The notes beneath the pieces are model-generated. The model was not told where the DNA came from. It saw only the letters and a program-made list of their open reading frames with translations, and did not search any database. A stretch of 64,000 nucleotides of DNA from an uncultured Bacteroidales bacterium (GTDB lineage Bacteria > Bacteroidota > Bacteroidia > Bacteroidales > P3), in assembly GCA_900317125.1 (NCBI GenBank), contig ONFR01000020.1:345-64344 (forward strand). Reading direction: 5' to 3'. Shown one piece after another: positions 46,106 to 55,155 of the stretch. Every line of letters begins with the position of its first letter. The stretch's first letter is position 1. The position numbers and the translations under genes are program-made.

Positions 46106-46774
46106 TTATCCTTGGAAGATGTTGTCGATTTGTTCTATCAACGCCTGGCGGTCGGAATGGAGATAGGCAGTCATGGCATAGTGGTCGTCGGGGGGGGCGA
46201 TGCGGACTACAGCAAAGACCAGCACAGCTGTGAGCCCCACAATGCCGGCCTTTATCCGGCGAAGGGCAAGGCTGTCGAGCGAAAAGAGCGAACCGACAAG
46301 GTTATAGTGGATGGAATTGATGCGTTCGACGATGAGGGTGGCAAGCCGACGGAGAGGGCTGGTACGCCTACGGAGCGCCCGCTCGACATCGTCGAGTGGG
46401 ATGCTGCTGAGGAGGCAGGTGAGGATGACGAGGGTAAGAAGGGCACAATAGGTGATGCGCATGATGTGATTGTCGGAGTAGAGAGACTCTATGACAAATA
46501 CGGCAGCAATGACCAAACAGACAAGCAGGCGCAGGATTTGCCGGGAGATGGCACAGCGCCACATGTGGCGATAGAATTCGGGGGTGGGACGGACAATGTC
46601 TCTATCGCCGACAATCTCGTCCACACGCTTGCAGAGACGATTCCATTCGGCCCGCAGTTCTTCCAGCATCTCCATACCCTCGAGATCTTCTAAATCGTCG
46701 TTGTCGCGTTCGTCGACATCGGCGAGCCTGTCCCGTTGGTGGAATAGGAAGCGGTGATGGTGCTGTTTATTCAT
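46106..46774 (-). CDS. Hypothetical membrane protein, candidate anti-sigma factor
   Basis: Acidic cytoplasmic N-terminus followed by about three TM segments. ATGA overlap with the sigma factor gene. Confidence 0.45.
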   Translation of the reverse strand: MNKQHHHRFLFHQRDRLADVDERDNDDLEDLEGMEMLEELRAEWNRLCKRVDEIVGDRDIVRPTPEFYRHMWRCAISRQILRLLVCLVIAAVFVIESLYSDNHIMRITYCALLTLVILTCLLSSIPLDDVERALRRRTSPLRRLATLIVERINSIHYNLVGSLFSLDSLALRRIKAGIVGLTAVLVFAVVRIAPPDDHYAMTAYLHSDRQALIEQIDNIFQG

Positions 46775-47274
46775 TCTTCTTGTTCTTTTATTTCTATTAG
46801 ACGTTTACGCAACCTGTAGAGTTTTTGTTTCACGGCCGAGTGAGAAAGGCCAGTGATCTGAGCCATCTGATAGATGGACACATTGTTGAGGTAAAGATAG
46901 AGAAACTCACGGTCGTCCACACTCTCGAGTTGGTCAATCAGATGATCGAGTTGCTGCCGCAGGCTGGTATCGCTCTCGCCGGGCAAGGCATCCAGAAGGT
47001 AACGGTCCACCACGATAATCTGGGGCATGGACTTGATGCGGCGATGGTAGTAGAGTGCGGTGTTGAGGGCGACCCGTGTGACCCAGGTCTTGCGACTGCT
47101 GTCACCACGAAAGGATGGCCAGCTTTTCCAGAGGGCACAGAGTATCTCCTGGTAAAGGTCGCGGAAGTCTTCTGGGTTGTTGCGGGTATAGAAAAGGCAT
47201 ATCCTCACCAGTGTGCCCTCGCATTGCTTGAGCATGGAGTTGAATGCCTCTTCCTGTTGACGGTGCCTGTTCAT
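46771..47274 (-). CDS. ECF-type RNA polymerase sigma-70 family factor
   Basis: Region 2 'DLYQEILCALWKSWPSFRGDSSRKTWVTRVALNTALYYHRR'. Region 4 'MAQITGLSHSAVKQKLYRLRKRL'. ATG at 47274. Confidence 0.8.
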   Translation of the reverse strand: MNRHRQQEEAFNSMLKQCEGTLVRICLFYTRNNPEDFRDLYQEILCALWKSWPSFRGDSSRKTWVTRVALNTALYYHRRIKSMPQIIVVDRYLLDALPGESDTSLRQQLDHLIDQLESVDDREFLYLYLNNVSIYQMAQITGLSHSAVKQKLYRLRKRLIEIKEQEE

Positions 47275-47475
47275 ACTTTGCAAATATCAGCCCTGCACAT
47301 CCCTTCGACCCGGACCGGGTGGACGACCGAAGACATACTTTTGGCCTTTCGAGTACATTAGTTGCAAAATAGGTAAAAAAGTAACACGAGGAGGCTGTTT
47401 TTTTATGTTTTTTTAAGAAATGTAGGGCTCATTTTACGGAAAAAAGAGCCCTATATACCTATTGTGCCTATCGTT

Positions 47476-47943
47476 CTATTCACCTTCAGAGGCAGGAGGC
47501 GTGACGTCGGTGGATGAGGTGAGGACACGCATAAGATAATAATAGTAGACGATGAAGAGCACCCCTAGCATGATGTTGCCGACCCCGACGAAGGAGCGGT
47601 CGAGGAAAAGCAGGGGCATGAGCATGAGCAGCAGTTTGGAGAGGGCATAGCAGTGGAAGCCGTTTCGACGCAACCGCCACATCAGCACCAGCCCGATGAC
47701 GGATATGGCGTCGAGCAGAGCACAGAGCAGGTAGTACCACTGCGGGATGCTGAGCGAACGCTCGAGGAGGATATTCCACTGGTCGGGCATTACCTCGGGG
47801 TGGGCGGCATAGTAGCGCTGCATCCATGGGAGGGTCAAGCCACTGACGAGTTCGGAAAGGAAATAGAGTCCGCTGACGATGAAGCTTATGACCAGCAGGA
47901 CATGCAGGGTCTTCAGGTTGGCAGTGTATTTATTGTCTTCCAT
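47476..47943 (-). CDS. Hypothetical integral membrane protein
   Basis: Four hydrophobic segments. The ATG at 47943 is preferred over the TTG at 47979. Confidence 0.5.
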   Translation of the reverse strand: MEDNKYTANLKTLHVLLVISFIVSGLYFLSELVSGLTLPWMQRYYAAHPEVMPDQWNILLERSLSIPQWYYLLCALLDAISVIGLVLMWRLRRNGFHCYALSKLLLMLMPLLFLDRSFVGVGNIMLGVLFIVYYYYLMRVLTSSTDVTPPASEGE

Positions 47944-48127
47944 TGTCGGGTATAAAATATTAGACAGGGTCGCCCCCAATAGTTATTGTTCGACAGCTTC
48001 GCACAGGGAACGCCGTGAGGGGACGGCACCCATGCAACCCAGCGTCCCGAAGGGACGCGACAACAAGGTTTGTGGGCAAGAAACTGTCATGCTTTGTACT
48101 AGAGTGTTTAATAATGCGCTTCGGCCA

Positions 48128-48949
48128 TCAGAGGACGGCGGCCATCTGCTGCTGCAGTTTTCGAGCCTCTTCGGCGGCACGCTCGGCAAAATCGGCACCA
48201 TTGGAGGCATAGATGATGCCCCGCGAGGAGTTGACCAGGAGGCCGCACTCGTCGGTGAGGCCATACTTGCACACCTCTTCAAGGCTGCCACCCTGGGCAC
48301 CTACACCTGGCACAAGGAGGAAGTTGCGGGGTGCGACGGCACGCACCTGGGTGAGCATGTCGGCCTTGGTGGCTCCAACAACGAACATCATGTTGTCCGG
48401 GGTGCCCCATTGCTGAGCTGTCTGCAGGACTTTCTCGAAGAGTTTCTGCTCATTGCCTACCGGGAGGAACTGGAAGTCGAAGGCTCCTTTGTTGGAGGTG
48501 AGGGCCAGCAGGATGACCCATTTGCCTTCGAACACGGTGAAGGGCTGCACCGAGTCGGCCCCCATGTAGGGTGCCACGGTGAGGGAGTCGAAATTGAAGT
48601 CGCCGGCAGGGTCGAGGAAGGCTTTGGCATACTGCTGCGAGGTGTTGCCGATGTCGCCGCGCTTGGCGTCGGCAATGGTGAAGGCGGGTTTGGACAGGGA
48701 ATGGAGATAGTCCATGGTCTTCTTGAGCTGCACAAGGCCTTCGATGCCCATGGCCTCGTAGAAGGCCAGATTGGGCTTGTAAGCCACGGCATAGTCGATG
48801 GTGGCGTCGATGATGGCTTTGTTGAAGAGGAACACCCCGTCGGGCTCGTCTTTGAGATGGGCGGGCATTTTGTTCTTGTCTACGTCAAGCCCCACGCAAA
48901 GGAACGAGCGGCGGCTGTATATGAGGTCGATTAACTCTTGTCTGTTCAT
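48128..48949 (-). CDS. pyrF: Orotidine-5'-phosphate decarboxylase (type 2)
   Basis: 'LCVGLDVD', 'TIADAKRGDIGNTS' and 'LLVPGVGAQGG'. Confidence 0.85.
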   Translation of the reverse strand: MNRQELIDLIYSRRSFLCVGLDVDKNKMPAHLKDEPDGVFLFNKAIIDATIDYAVAYKPNLAFYEAMGIEGLVQLKKTMDYLHSLSKPAFTIADAKRGDIGNTSQQYAKAFLDPAGDFNFDSLTVAPYMGADSVQPFTVFEGKWVILLALTSNKGAFDFQFLPVGNEQKLFEKVLQTAQQWGTPDNMMFVVGATKADMLTQVRAVAPRNFLLVPGVGAQGGSLEEVCKYGLTDECGLLVNSSRGIIYASNGADFAERAAEEARKLQQQMAAVL

Positions 48950-48985
48950 GATGGTATTGTTTTTAGGGGTTGGACACTATGTTTG

Positions 48986-49681
48986 TTATTCGGCGGTGAC
49001 GCGGTGGAACTTCTCGGTAAGTTGCTGGGAGGTGATATGGGTCAGGTGGTCGTCGGAGACGATGCGGCCGTGGTTGATGATGATGGCACGGGAGCACATG
49101 GCCTCCACCTCCTGCATGATGTGGGTGGAGAGGAGCACCACCTTGTCGTGGCCGGCGTTCTTGATGACGGTGCGGATTTCCTCAAGCTGGTTGGGGTCGA
49201 GGCCGGTGGTGGGTTCGTCAAGGATGAGCACCTGGGGGTCGTGGATGAGTGCCTGAGCAAGGCCCACACGCTGGCGGTAGCCTTTGGAGAGCTGGCCGAT
49301 GCGCTTGTTGCTTTCGGGGGTGAGCCCCACAAGCTCAATCATCTGCTCCACCTTCTCTTTGGCCTGCTTGATGCCGTATACACCGGCGGCAAAGCGGAGG
49401 AACTCGCGCACATACATGTCGGTATAGAGCGGGTTGTGCTCGGGCAGATAGCCCGTCACCCGGCGCACGGCCAGAGGGTCGTCGTAGATGCTGTGGCCGC
49501 AGACGGTGGCTTCGCCTTCGGTGGGCGGGATGTAGCACGTGAGGATTTTCATCAGGGTTGACTTGCCGGCGCCATTGGGGCCGAGCAGCCCTACCACTTC
49601 GCCTTTCTGGGCGGTGAAGCTGACATCGTCCAATGCCCGCTGGCTGTCGTAGATTTTGGTTATATGCTGTACTTGTATCAT
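48986..49681 (-). CDS. ABC transporter ATP-binding protein (GldA-like NBD)
   Basis: The start is set at 'MIQVQHITKIY'. 'GLLGPNGAGKST', 'LSKGYRQRVGLA' and 'VLILDEPTTGLD'. Confidence 0.75.
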   Translation of the reverse strand: MIQVQHITKIYDSQRALDDVSFTAQKGEVVGLLGPNGAGKSTLMKILTCYIPPTEGEATVCGHSIYDDPLAVRRVTGYLPEHNPLYTDMYVREFLRFAAGVYGIKQAKEKVEQMIELVGLTPESNKRIGQLSKGYRQRVGLAQALIHDPQVLILDEPTTGLDPNQLEEIRTVIKNAGHDKVVLLSTHIMQEVEAMCSRAIIINHGRIVSDDHLTHITSQQLTEKFHRVTAE

Positions 49682-49707
49682 GTTCTTAGGAGTTGGGGGA
49701 TGGGGCG

Positions 49708-51072
49708 TTATTGCTGAAGCATCTCTTTGGCTTTCTGCAGCGAGATGCGTTCGCCATCGGCAAAAGCCACGACAAAGGCATCCTTGAAACCCTTGTCGCG
49801 CACCTCTTTCTGGTAGTTTGCGGCCTCGCGGGCGGTGGCGAAGCTGCCCGTGGTATAGCAATAGGTGCCTTTCTGCAAATAATAATCGTAGTCGGTGATA
49901 CCCTTGAACTCGCGGGCATTCTTCTTCAATTCCTTGCCGCTGGTCATAAACTGCACCTTGAACACGATGCCGGTCTTGCGCGGTGCATCCGCCGGACGGA
50001 CTTCGGCCTGCTCGGGTGCTGCCGCCGGCTGTGGCTCCACTTGGGGTACGATGGCCACAGTGGGCTCGTCGATGGGCAGCGGGGGCTCAACGTTGGTCTT
50101 GGCCGTTGAGGGGACAAAGGTGGTGGGCTCGTCGGCCTTGGGGGCTTGTGGCTCCTTGGGAGCGACAGGCGCGGGGACAGGCTCCTCGGGCTGTGCGGGT
50201 TCCACTTTCGTCTCCTTGGCGGGCGCGGCGGCCTCTTTGCGCGTCTTGTCGTTATAGCCTTTGAGCGCTATCTTCAACGATGCCGGGGGCTTCACCCCTT
50301 CGACGGAACTCTTGTAGGTGACAAAAGCCTTGAAGATGCTGGACACGATGGCCGCCTGGCCTTCGTCGGACATCATATACTGCTCCTCCTCGGGATTGCT
50401 GATGAAACCGACCTCGGTGAGCACTGCAGGCATGGCGGTCTTGTAAAGCACAAAAATCTCGGCCTGCTTGACACCACGGTTGATGGTCTTGATGGCCGAC
50501 TTGTATTGGTCCTGGATGTAACCGGCAAAGTCGAGACTTTTGTCGAGGTAGGCATTCTGGTACATGGCAAACATCACGTAGCTCTCGGGCGAGTTGGGGT
50601 CGAATCCCTGATAGTCGCTGTTGTCCTTGTAGCCCTTCTCCAGCAAGATGTCGGCATTTTCCTTCTTAGCCACCTCCATGTTGGCCTTGCTCTGCGACAA
50701 ACCCATCACATAGGTCTCCACACCGGTGGGAGTGCTGTTGTTCCACGAGTTGCAGTGGATGGAGATGAACAGGTCGGCCTTGGCCTTGTTGGCCATACGG
50801 GCACGCTCGGCCAGGGTGATGTCCACATCGGTGGTGCGTGTATAGATGATCTTCACATCGGAATAGTTGTCCTCTATCAGTTTTCCCAGCTTCAAAGCCA
50901 TCTGCAGGGTCAGGTTCTTTTCCTGCGACTTTCTACCCACTGCTCCGGGTTTGTCGCCGCCGTGACCGGCATCAATCACTACAGTCCTTACATGTCCAAC
51001 GGACTTTTTTTGCGAAAAAGCGGTCCCATTTATGCAGGCAAGCACAATAAAAAGGGCAAATAAGCGTTTCAT
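49708..51072 (-). CDS. N-acetylmuramoyl-L-alanine amidase (Amidase_3) with a Pro-rich linker and a C-terminal SPOR domain
   Basis: 'VVIDAGHGGDKPGAVG', 'LFISIHCNS', a PAPVAPKEPQAPK linker and a SPOR-like 'FKVQFMTSGKEL...AFVVAFADGERISL'. Confidence 0.8.
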   Translation of the reverse strand: MKRLFALFIVLACINGTAFSQKKSVGHVRTVVIDAGHGGDKPGAVGRKSQEKNLTLQMALKLGKLIEDNYSDVKIIYTRTTDVDITLAERARMANKAKADLFISIHCNSWNNSTPTGVETYVMGLSQSKANMEVAKKENADILLEKGYKDNSDYQGFDPNSPESYVMFAMYQNAYLDKSLDFAGYIQDQYKSAIKTINRGVKQAEIFVLYKTAMPAVLTEVGFISNPEEEQYMMSDEGQAAIVSSIFKAFVTYKSSVEGVKPPASLKIALKGYNDKTRKEAAAPAKETKVEPAQPEEPVPAPVAPKEPQAPKADEPTTFVPSTAKTNVEPPLPIDEPTVAIVPQVEPQPAAAPEQAEVRPADAPRKTGIVFKVQFMTSGKELKKNAREFKGITDYDYYLQKGTYCYTTGSFATAREAANYQKEVRDKGFKDAFVVAFADGERISLQKAKEMLQQ

Positions 51073-51118
51073 TTTCAGTTGTATATTTTATATATTTTTC
51101 TATTCAGCAAAAAGTTGG

Positions 51119-51146
51119 TATCTTTGCAAATTCTTTTGCAAAGATA
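51119..51146. promoter_or_regulatory. Back-to-back divergent -7 boxes forming a palindrome (TATCTTTGCAAATTCTTTTGCAAAGATA)
   Basis: TATCTTTG on the plus strand (51119-51126) serves the LptD-like gene. TATCTTTG on the minus strand (51139-51146) serves the amidase gene. Confidence 0.55.
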
Positions 51147-51174
51147 CGACTAAAATCGGAAAGTAAAGAAAATA

Positions 51175-53919
51175 ATGCGGAAACTTTTGAACATCTGCCT
51201 GTTAGTCTTGCTCCTGACATTCCCTGCAATGTCTGGTGCTCAGACCGATTCGGTGTTCACCCCCGCCACTGCCCACCCCACCCTGCAAACAACCCACCAC
51301 CTTGCCGACAGCCTCCTCCGCCACATGCTGGACTCTCCCGACTCGCTCGTGGCCGCAAGCGACTCACTTTCTGCGCTTGCCGACACGCTTGCACACCTTG
51401 CCGACACACTCGACTCCCTTGCCAGCCGGCCATCGCTTCCCGTCATCCAGCCCTCGCCCAACGCCCTCACCAGTGCCGTCCACTACAAGGCCAACGACTC
51501 AATAGCCATCGACATCAACAAACGCAAAGCCCAACTCTATACCAAAGGCGTCATCGAATACGATGGTATGGAGCTGAAAGCCGACGACATACAGGTAGAC
51601 TTCAACAGCCAGATACTCAGCGCCAGGCCGGTCACCGACTCGGCGGGCAAAGTGAACGGCCGCCCCTTCTTCAAGCAGGGCGATGCCGAATACATGGCGG
51701 ACACTATTGTCTTCAACTACAACACCCACAAAGGTCTCATCTCAGGTGTCATCACCCAGCAGGGCGACGGGTACCTGCACGGCTCGAGGGTGAAAAAAGT
51801 CAGCGACTCCGTCATGTATCTGAACGGCGGACAATACACCACCTGCAACTACTCCCACCCCCATTTCGCCATCAACTTCACCCATTCCAAACTCATCACT
51901 GGCGACAAGATTTTCACCGGCCCGGCATACGTCACCATCGAGGACGTACCCACCCCCTTGGTGCTCCCCTTCGCCTTCTTCCCCATGACCCACGACCGCA
52001 CCTCGGGTATCCTTATGCCCAGCTACGGCTGGATGAACAACCGCGGCTATTACCTTAAGGACGGCGGCTACTACTTCGCCATCAACGACAACCTCGACCT
52101 CGCCCTCATCGGCGAAATCTACACCAACCTCAGCTGGGCTGCAGAAGCCCGCAGCAACTACTACCTGCGATACAAATACAAAGGCAACTTCGACATCCGC
52201 TACGGCATCACCAAGGAGGGCATACCCGGCGACAGCAACACCTTCCGCAAATTCAGCGACTTCAAGATAGCCTGGAAACACGACCAGGATGCCAAGTCCA
52301 ACCCCCGCAGCCGCTTCTCGGCCAACGTCAACCTGCAGAGCCGCAACTACAACAAGAATACCACCAACCGCAACGACTACTTCAACAGCACCACCACCTC
52401 CAGCATCTCCTACACCGCCCAGCTGGGCAGCTCGCTGAACTTCGCCGCCTCCCTACGCGAGTCCTACAACGCCCAGACAGGCCTCATCAACCTGAAGCTT
52501 CCCCAGCTCTCCCTCAGCTCCACCACCTTCTACCCCCTGCGCCGCAAAGAGGCCGCCGGCAACCTCCGCTGGTACGAGAACCTCTCGCTCTCCTACTCCT
52601 TCTCCGCCGACAACAACATCAACGCCCAGGACTCCGACCTCTTCAAGCTCCAAACCCTGCAGCGCATGCAATACGGCATACAACACACCATACCCCTCTC
52701 CCTCACCCTCAAAGTACTCAAATACTTCAACTGGACCAACACCGCCAACTACAGCGAGCGCTGGCACTGGTCCACCATCCGCAAACACTACGACACCGTG
52801 ACCAACACCCTGACTATCGACACCGTGCGCGGGTTCCGCGGCAACCGCGAGGTCAGCTTCAACTCGTCTCTCTCCACCCGCATCTATGGCATGTTCAACT
52901 TCAAGTATGGTCCCCTCAAAGCTATCCGTCACGTTATCAACCCCTCCGTCTCCTTTAACTACCACCCCGACTTCGGCCATTCCTCCCTCGGATGGTGGCA
53001 GTCCTACACCGACAAGACCGGCTATGTCCACCGTTACTCCATCTTCGAGCAAAGTCTCTACGGCGGTCCCCCCGACGGGCAGTCCGGGCGCATCTCATTC
53101 AGCATCGGCAACAACCTCGAGATTAAAGTCACCGACCGGAAGGACACCATCACCGGCATGCGCAAAATCACCCTCCTCGAAAACCTCAACCTCTCCATGA
53201 GCTACGACATGGCACGCGACTCGCTCCGTTGGTCCGACCTCACCATCAACGGCCGTACGACCCTATTCAAGAACCTCGTCATCAACTACTCCAGCTCGTT
53301 CAGCCCCTACTATATCGACAACGAAGGCCGCAAGCACGACCAATTCATTTGGAAAGTCCCCGGACAGAAGAAACTGTTTCAGAAAAACAACTCCACCTGG
53401 AGCACCCAGATATCCTACAGCCTCAACAACACCACCTTCAAACCCGAAGGCGACAAGAAGGCCTCCAAATCTGAAGGCGAGCAGATTGTAGCCCCCATCA
53501 TGCAGTCGCCCTACAACTACAACCCCGCCCTGCTCATGGGCACCTACGCCGACTTCTCCATGCCCTGGAACGTATCGCTCAACTACACCCTCAGCTACGT
53601 CAGCACCTTCGTGGCCGCACAATACAACTACAAAAGCGAGGTGATCCAAACCCTCAGTCTCTCCGCCAACGCCAACATCACCAACAACTGGCGCGTGGCA
53701 GTATCCACTGGCTACGACTTCGTCAAGAAAGGCCTCTCCTACACCTCCATCGACATTTACCGCGACCTCCACTGCTGGGAGATGCGCTTCAACTGGGTCC
53801 CCTTCGGCTACTACAGAAGCTGGAACTTCATCATCAACATCAAAGCCAGCAGCCTCAAAGACGTCAAATACCAAAAACAGCAATCCTACCAGGACAACCA
53901 AGGCTACTACTCCTACTAA
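51175..53919 (+). CDS. lptD: LPS-assembly outer-membrane protein, LptD/OstA-like (Bacteroidetes type)
   Basis: Signal peptide, an OstA-N-like segment 'VHYKANDSIAIDINKRKAQLYTKGVIEYDGMELKADDIQVD', then ~700 aa of Tyr/Asn/Ser-rich beta-barrel-like sequence ending in aromatic residues. Confidence 0.6.
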   Translation: MRKLLNICLLVLLLTFPAMSGAQTDSVFTPATAHPTLQTTHHLADSLLRHMLDSPDSLVAASDSLSALADTLAHLADTLDSLASRPSLPVIQPSPNALTSAVHYKANDSIAIDINKRKAQLYTKGVIEYDGMELKADDIQVDFNSQILSARPVTDSAGKVNGRPFFKQGDAEYMADTIVFNYNTHKGLISGVITQQGDGYLHGSRVKKVSDSVMYLNGGQYTTCNYSHPHFAINFTHSKLITGDKIFTGPAYVTIEDVPTPLVLPFAFFPMTHDRTSGILMPSYGWMNNRGYYLKDGGYYFAINDNLDLALIGEIYTNLSWAAEARSNYYLRYKYKGNFDIRYGITKEGIPGDSNTFRKFSDFKIAWKHDQDAKSNPRSRFSANVNLQSRNYNKNTTNRNDYFNSTTTSSISYTAQLGSSLNFAASLRESYNAQTGLINLKLPQLSLSSTTFYPLRRKEAAGNLRWYENLSLSYSFSADNNINAQDSDLFKLQTLQRMQYGIQHTIPLSLTLKVLKYFNWTNTANYSERWHWSTIRKHYDTVTNTLTIDTVRGFRGNREVSFNSSLSTRIYGMFNFKYGPLKAIRHVINPSVSFNYHPDFGHSSLGWWQSYTDKTGYVHRYSIFEQSLYGGPPDGQSGRISFSIGNNLEIKVTDRKDTITGMRKITLLENLNLSMSYDMARDSLRWSDLTINGRTTLFKNLVINYSSSFSPYYIDNEGRKHDQFIWKVPGQKKLFQKNNSTWSTQISYSLNNTTFKPEGDKKASKSEGEQIVAPIMQSPYNYNPALLMGTYADFSMPWNVSLNYTLSYVSTFVAAQYNYKSEVIQTLSLSANANITNNWRVAVSTGYDFVKKGLSYTSIDIYRDLHCWEMRFNWVPFGYYRSWNFIINIKASSLKDVKYQKQQSYQDNQGYYSY

Positions 53920-53946
53920 CCCCTATTAACCAACAAAACACACCCT

Positions 53947-54261
53947 ATGACCGACAAACTATACCACTCCATCGGTGAAGTATCCCAAATGCTCCACGTC
54001 AACCCCTCCCTCCTCCGCTTCTGGGAGACCGAATTTCCTGCTATCAAACCCCACAAAAACAAGAAAGGCACCCGCTACTACACCGACGACGACATCGACC
54101 TCCTCCGCCAAATCTACCACCTTACACGCGAGTGCGGCTACACCCTCGAAGGTGCCCGCGAACGCCTGCGCCTCTCCGACGACATCGACCGCGACAAACA
54201 GCTTGTCAAAACCCTCACCGAAGCCCGCCAGTTCCTCGTCGACCTCAAGGAATACCTTTAG
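53947..54261 (+). CDS. MerR-family transcriptional regulator (short)
   Basis: 'YSIGEVSQMLHVNPSLLRFWETEF...GTRYYTDDDIDLLRQI'. Confidence 0.75.
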   Translation: MTDKLYHSIGEVSQMLHVNPSLLRFWETEFPAIKPHKNKKGTRYYTDDDIDLLRQIYHLTRECGYTLEGARERLRLSDDIDRDKQLVKTLTEARQFLVDLKEYL

Positions 54262-54329
54262 GTAATCTCTAAAAACAGCCCCACCGAAAGGGGCATTCGT
54301 GATTATCGTTATTGATTACTTAACACGAA

Positions 54330-54360
54330 TTGCCATGTAATAACCATAAATTCATGGCAA
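54330..54360. terminator. Hairpin between the convergent MerR-family and mazG genes
   Basis: 8-bp stem TTGCCATG / CATGGCAA with an AT-rich loop. Confidence 0.4.
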
Positions 54361-54426
54361 GAGACCGACTCATAATACGTAACATCACTGGTTCTTGCGG
54401 AACAAAGACCAGCAGAGGGCCGGGGA

Positions 54427-55155
54427 CTATTGCTGCTCGAAGGCTTTGACTTTGTCGCAGAAGCGCTGGTTGGCGCGGGAAAGGGCGGTGTCGGCATTGA
54501 TGCCGTGGTCATGGGCCCAGTGGATGAGGTTGAAGAGGAGCGTGCCAAACGACTCTTCTGTGGGTTCGGACTCCGCCATAGTATGTGTCGGCGGCAATTC
54601 TGGCGTCGACGCAGAGCCATCGGGAGAGTGCAGCGTGGGGTCGACCCCGATGCCGGCAGCTTTCTCCTGCAGGCGGACGGCCTTGACCAAGGACGGCAGG
54701 CTGGCGGGGACACCTTCGAGGACGGACTTGCGGCCTTCGTGCATCTTGATTTGTTCCCAGCTCTCGCCATCGTAGCTGTCGGGATGGAAGATGAAGGGGT
54801 GGCGGTCGACGAGTTTGTCGCTGATGGCGTTGAATATGTCGGCGGGAGTGAAACGTCCTTCCTCTTCGGCTATCTTGGCGTAGAAGAGGAGGTGCATGAA
54901 GAGGTCGCCGAGCTCCTTCATTAACTGAGTATTGCGGTCAGCACATTGGGAATGCGTTGCCGCGTCGGGCTCATCTTCATTTTTCAATTCTGATTTTTCA
55001 ATTGCCAGGATGGCCTCGCTAAGTTCGAAGGTCTCCTCGATGGTGAGGTATCGGAGGCTCTGCATGGTCTGCACACGGTCCCAGGGGCACTGTCGGCGCA
55101 AGAGGTCGAGGATGTCGCTGAGCCGCTGCAGGGCTTGGATATCGGCAGGTTTCAT
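54427..55155 (-). CDS. mazG: Nucleoside triphosphate pyrophosphohydrolase MazG
   Basis: 'LLRRQCPWDRVQTMQSLRYLTIEETFELSEAI' and a second EExGD-type repeat, 'ELGDLFMHLLFYA'. Confidence 0.8.
   Translation of the reverse strand: MKPADIQALQRLSDILDLLRRQCPWDRVQTMQSLRYLTIEETFELSEAILAIEKSELKNEDEPDAATHSQCADRNTQLMKELGDLFMHLLFYAKIAEEEGRFTPADIFNAISDKLVDRHPFIFHPDSYDGESWEQIKMHEGRKSVLEGVPASLPSLVKAVRLQEKAAGIGVDPTLHSPDGSASTPELPPTHTMAESEPTEESFGTLLFNLIHWAHDHGINADTALSRANQRFCDKVKAFEQQ

Noticed and set aside
47879-48934. 351-aa ORF on the plus strand
   Set aside because: Antisense to pyrF and to part of the membrane protein gene. Gly/Glu/Val-rich shadow composition.
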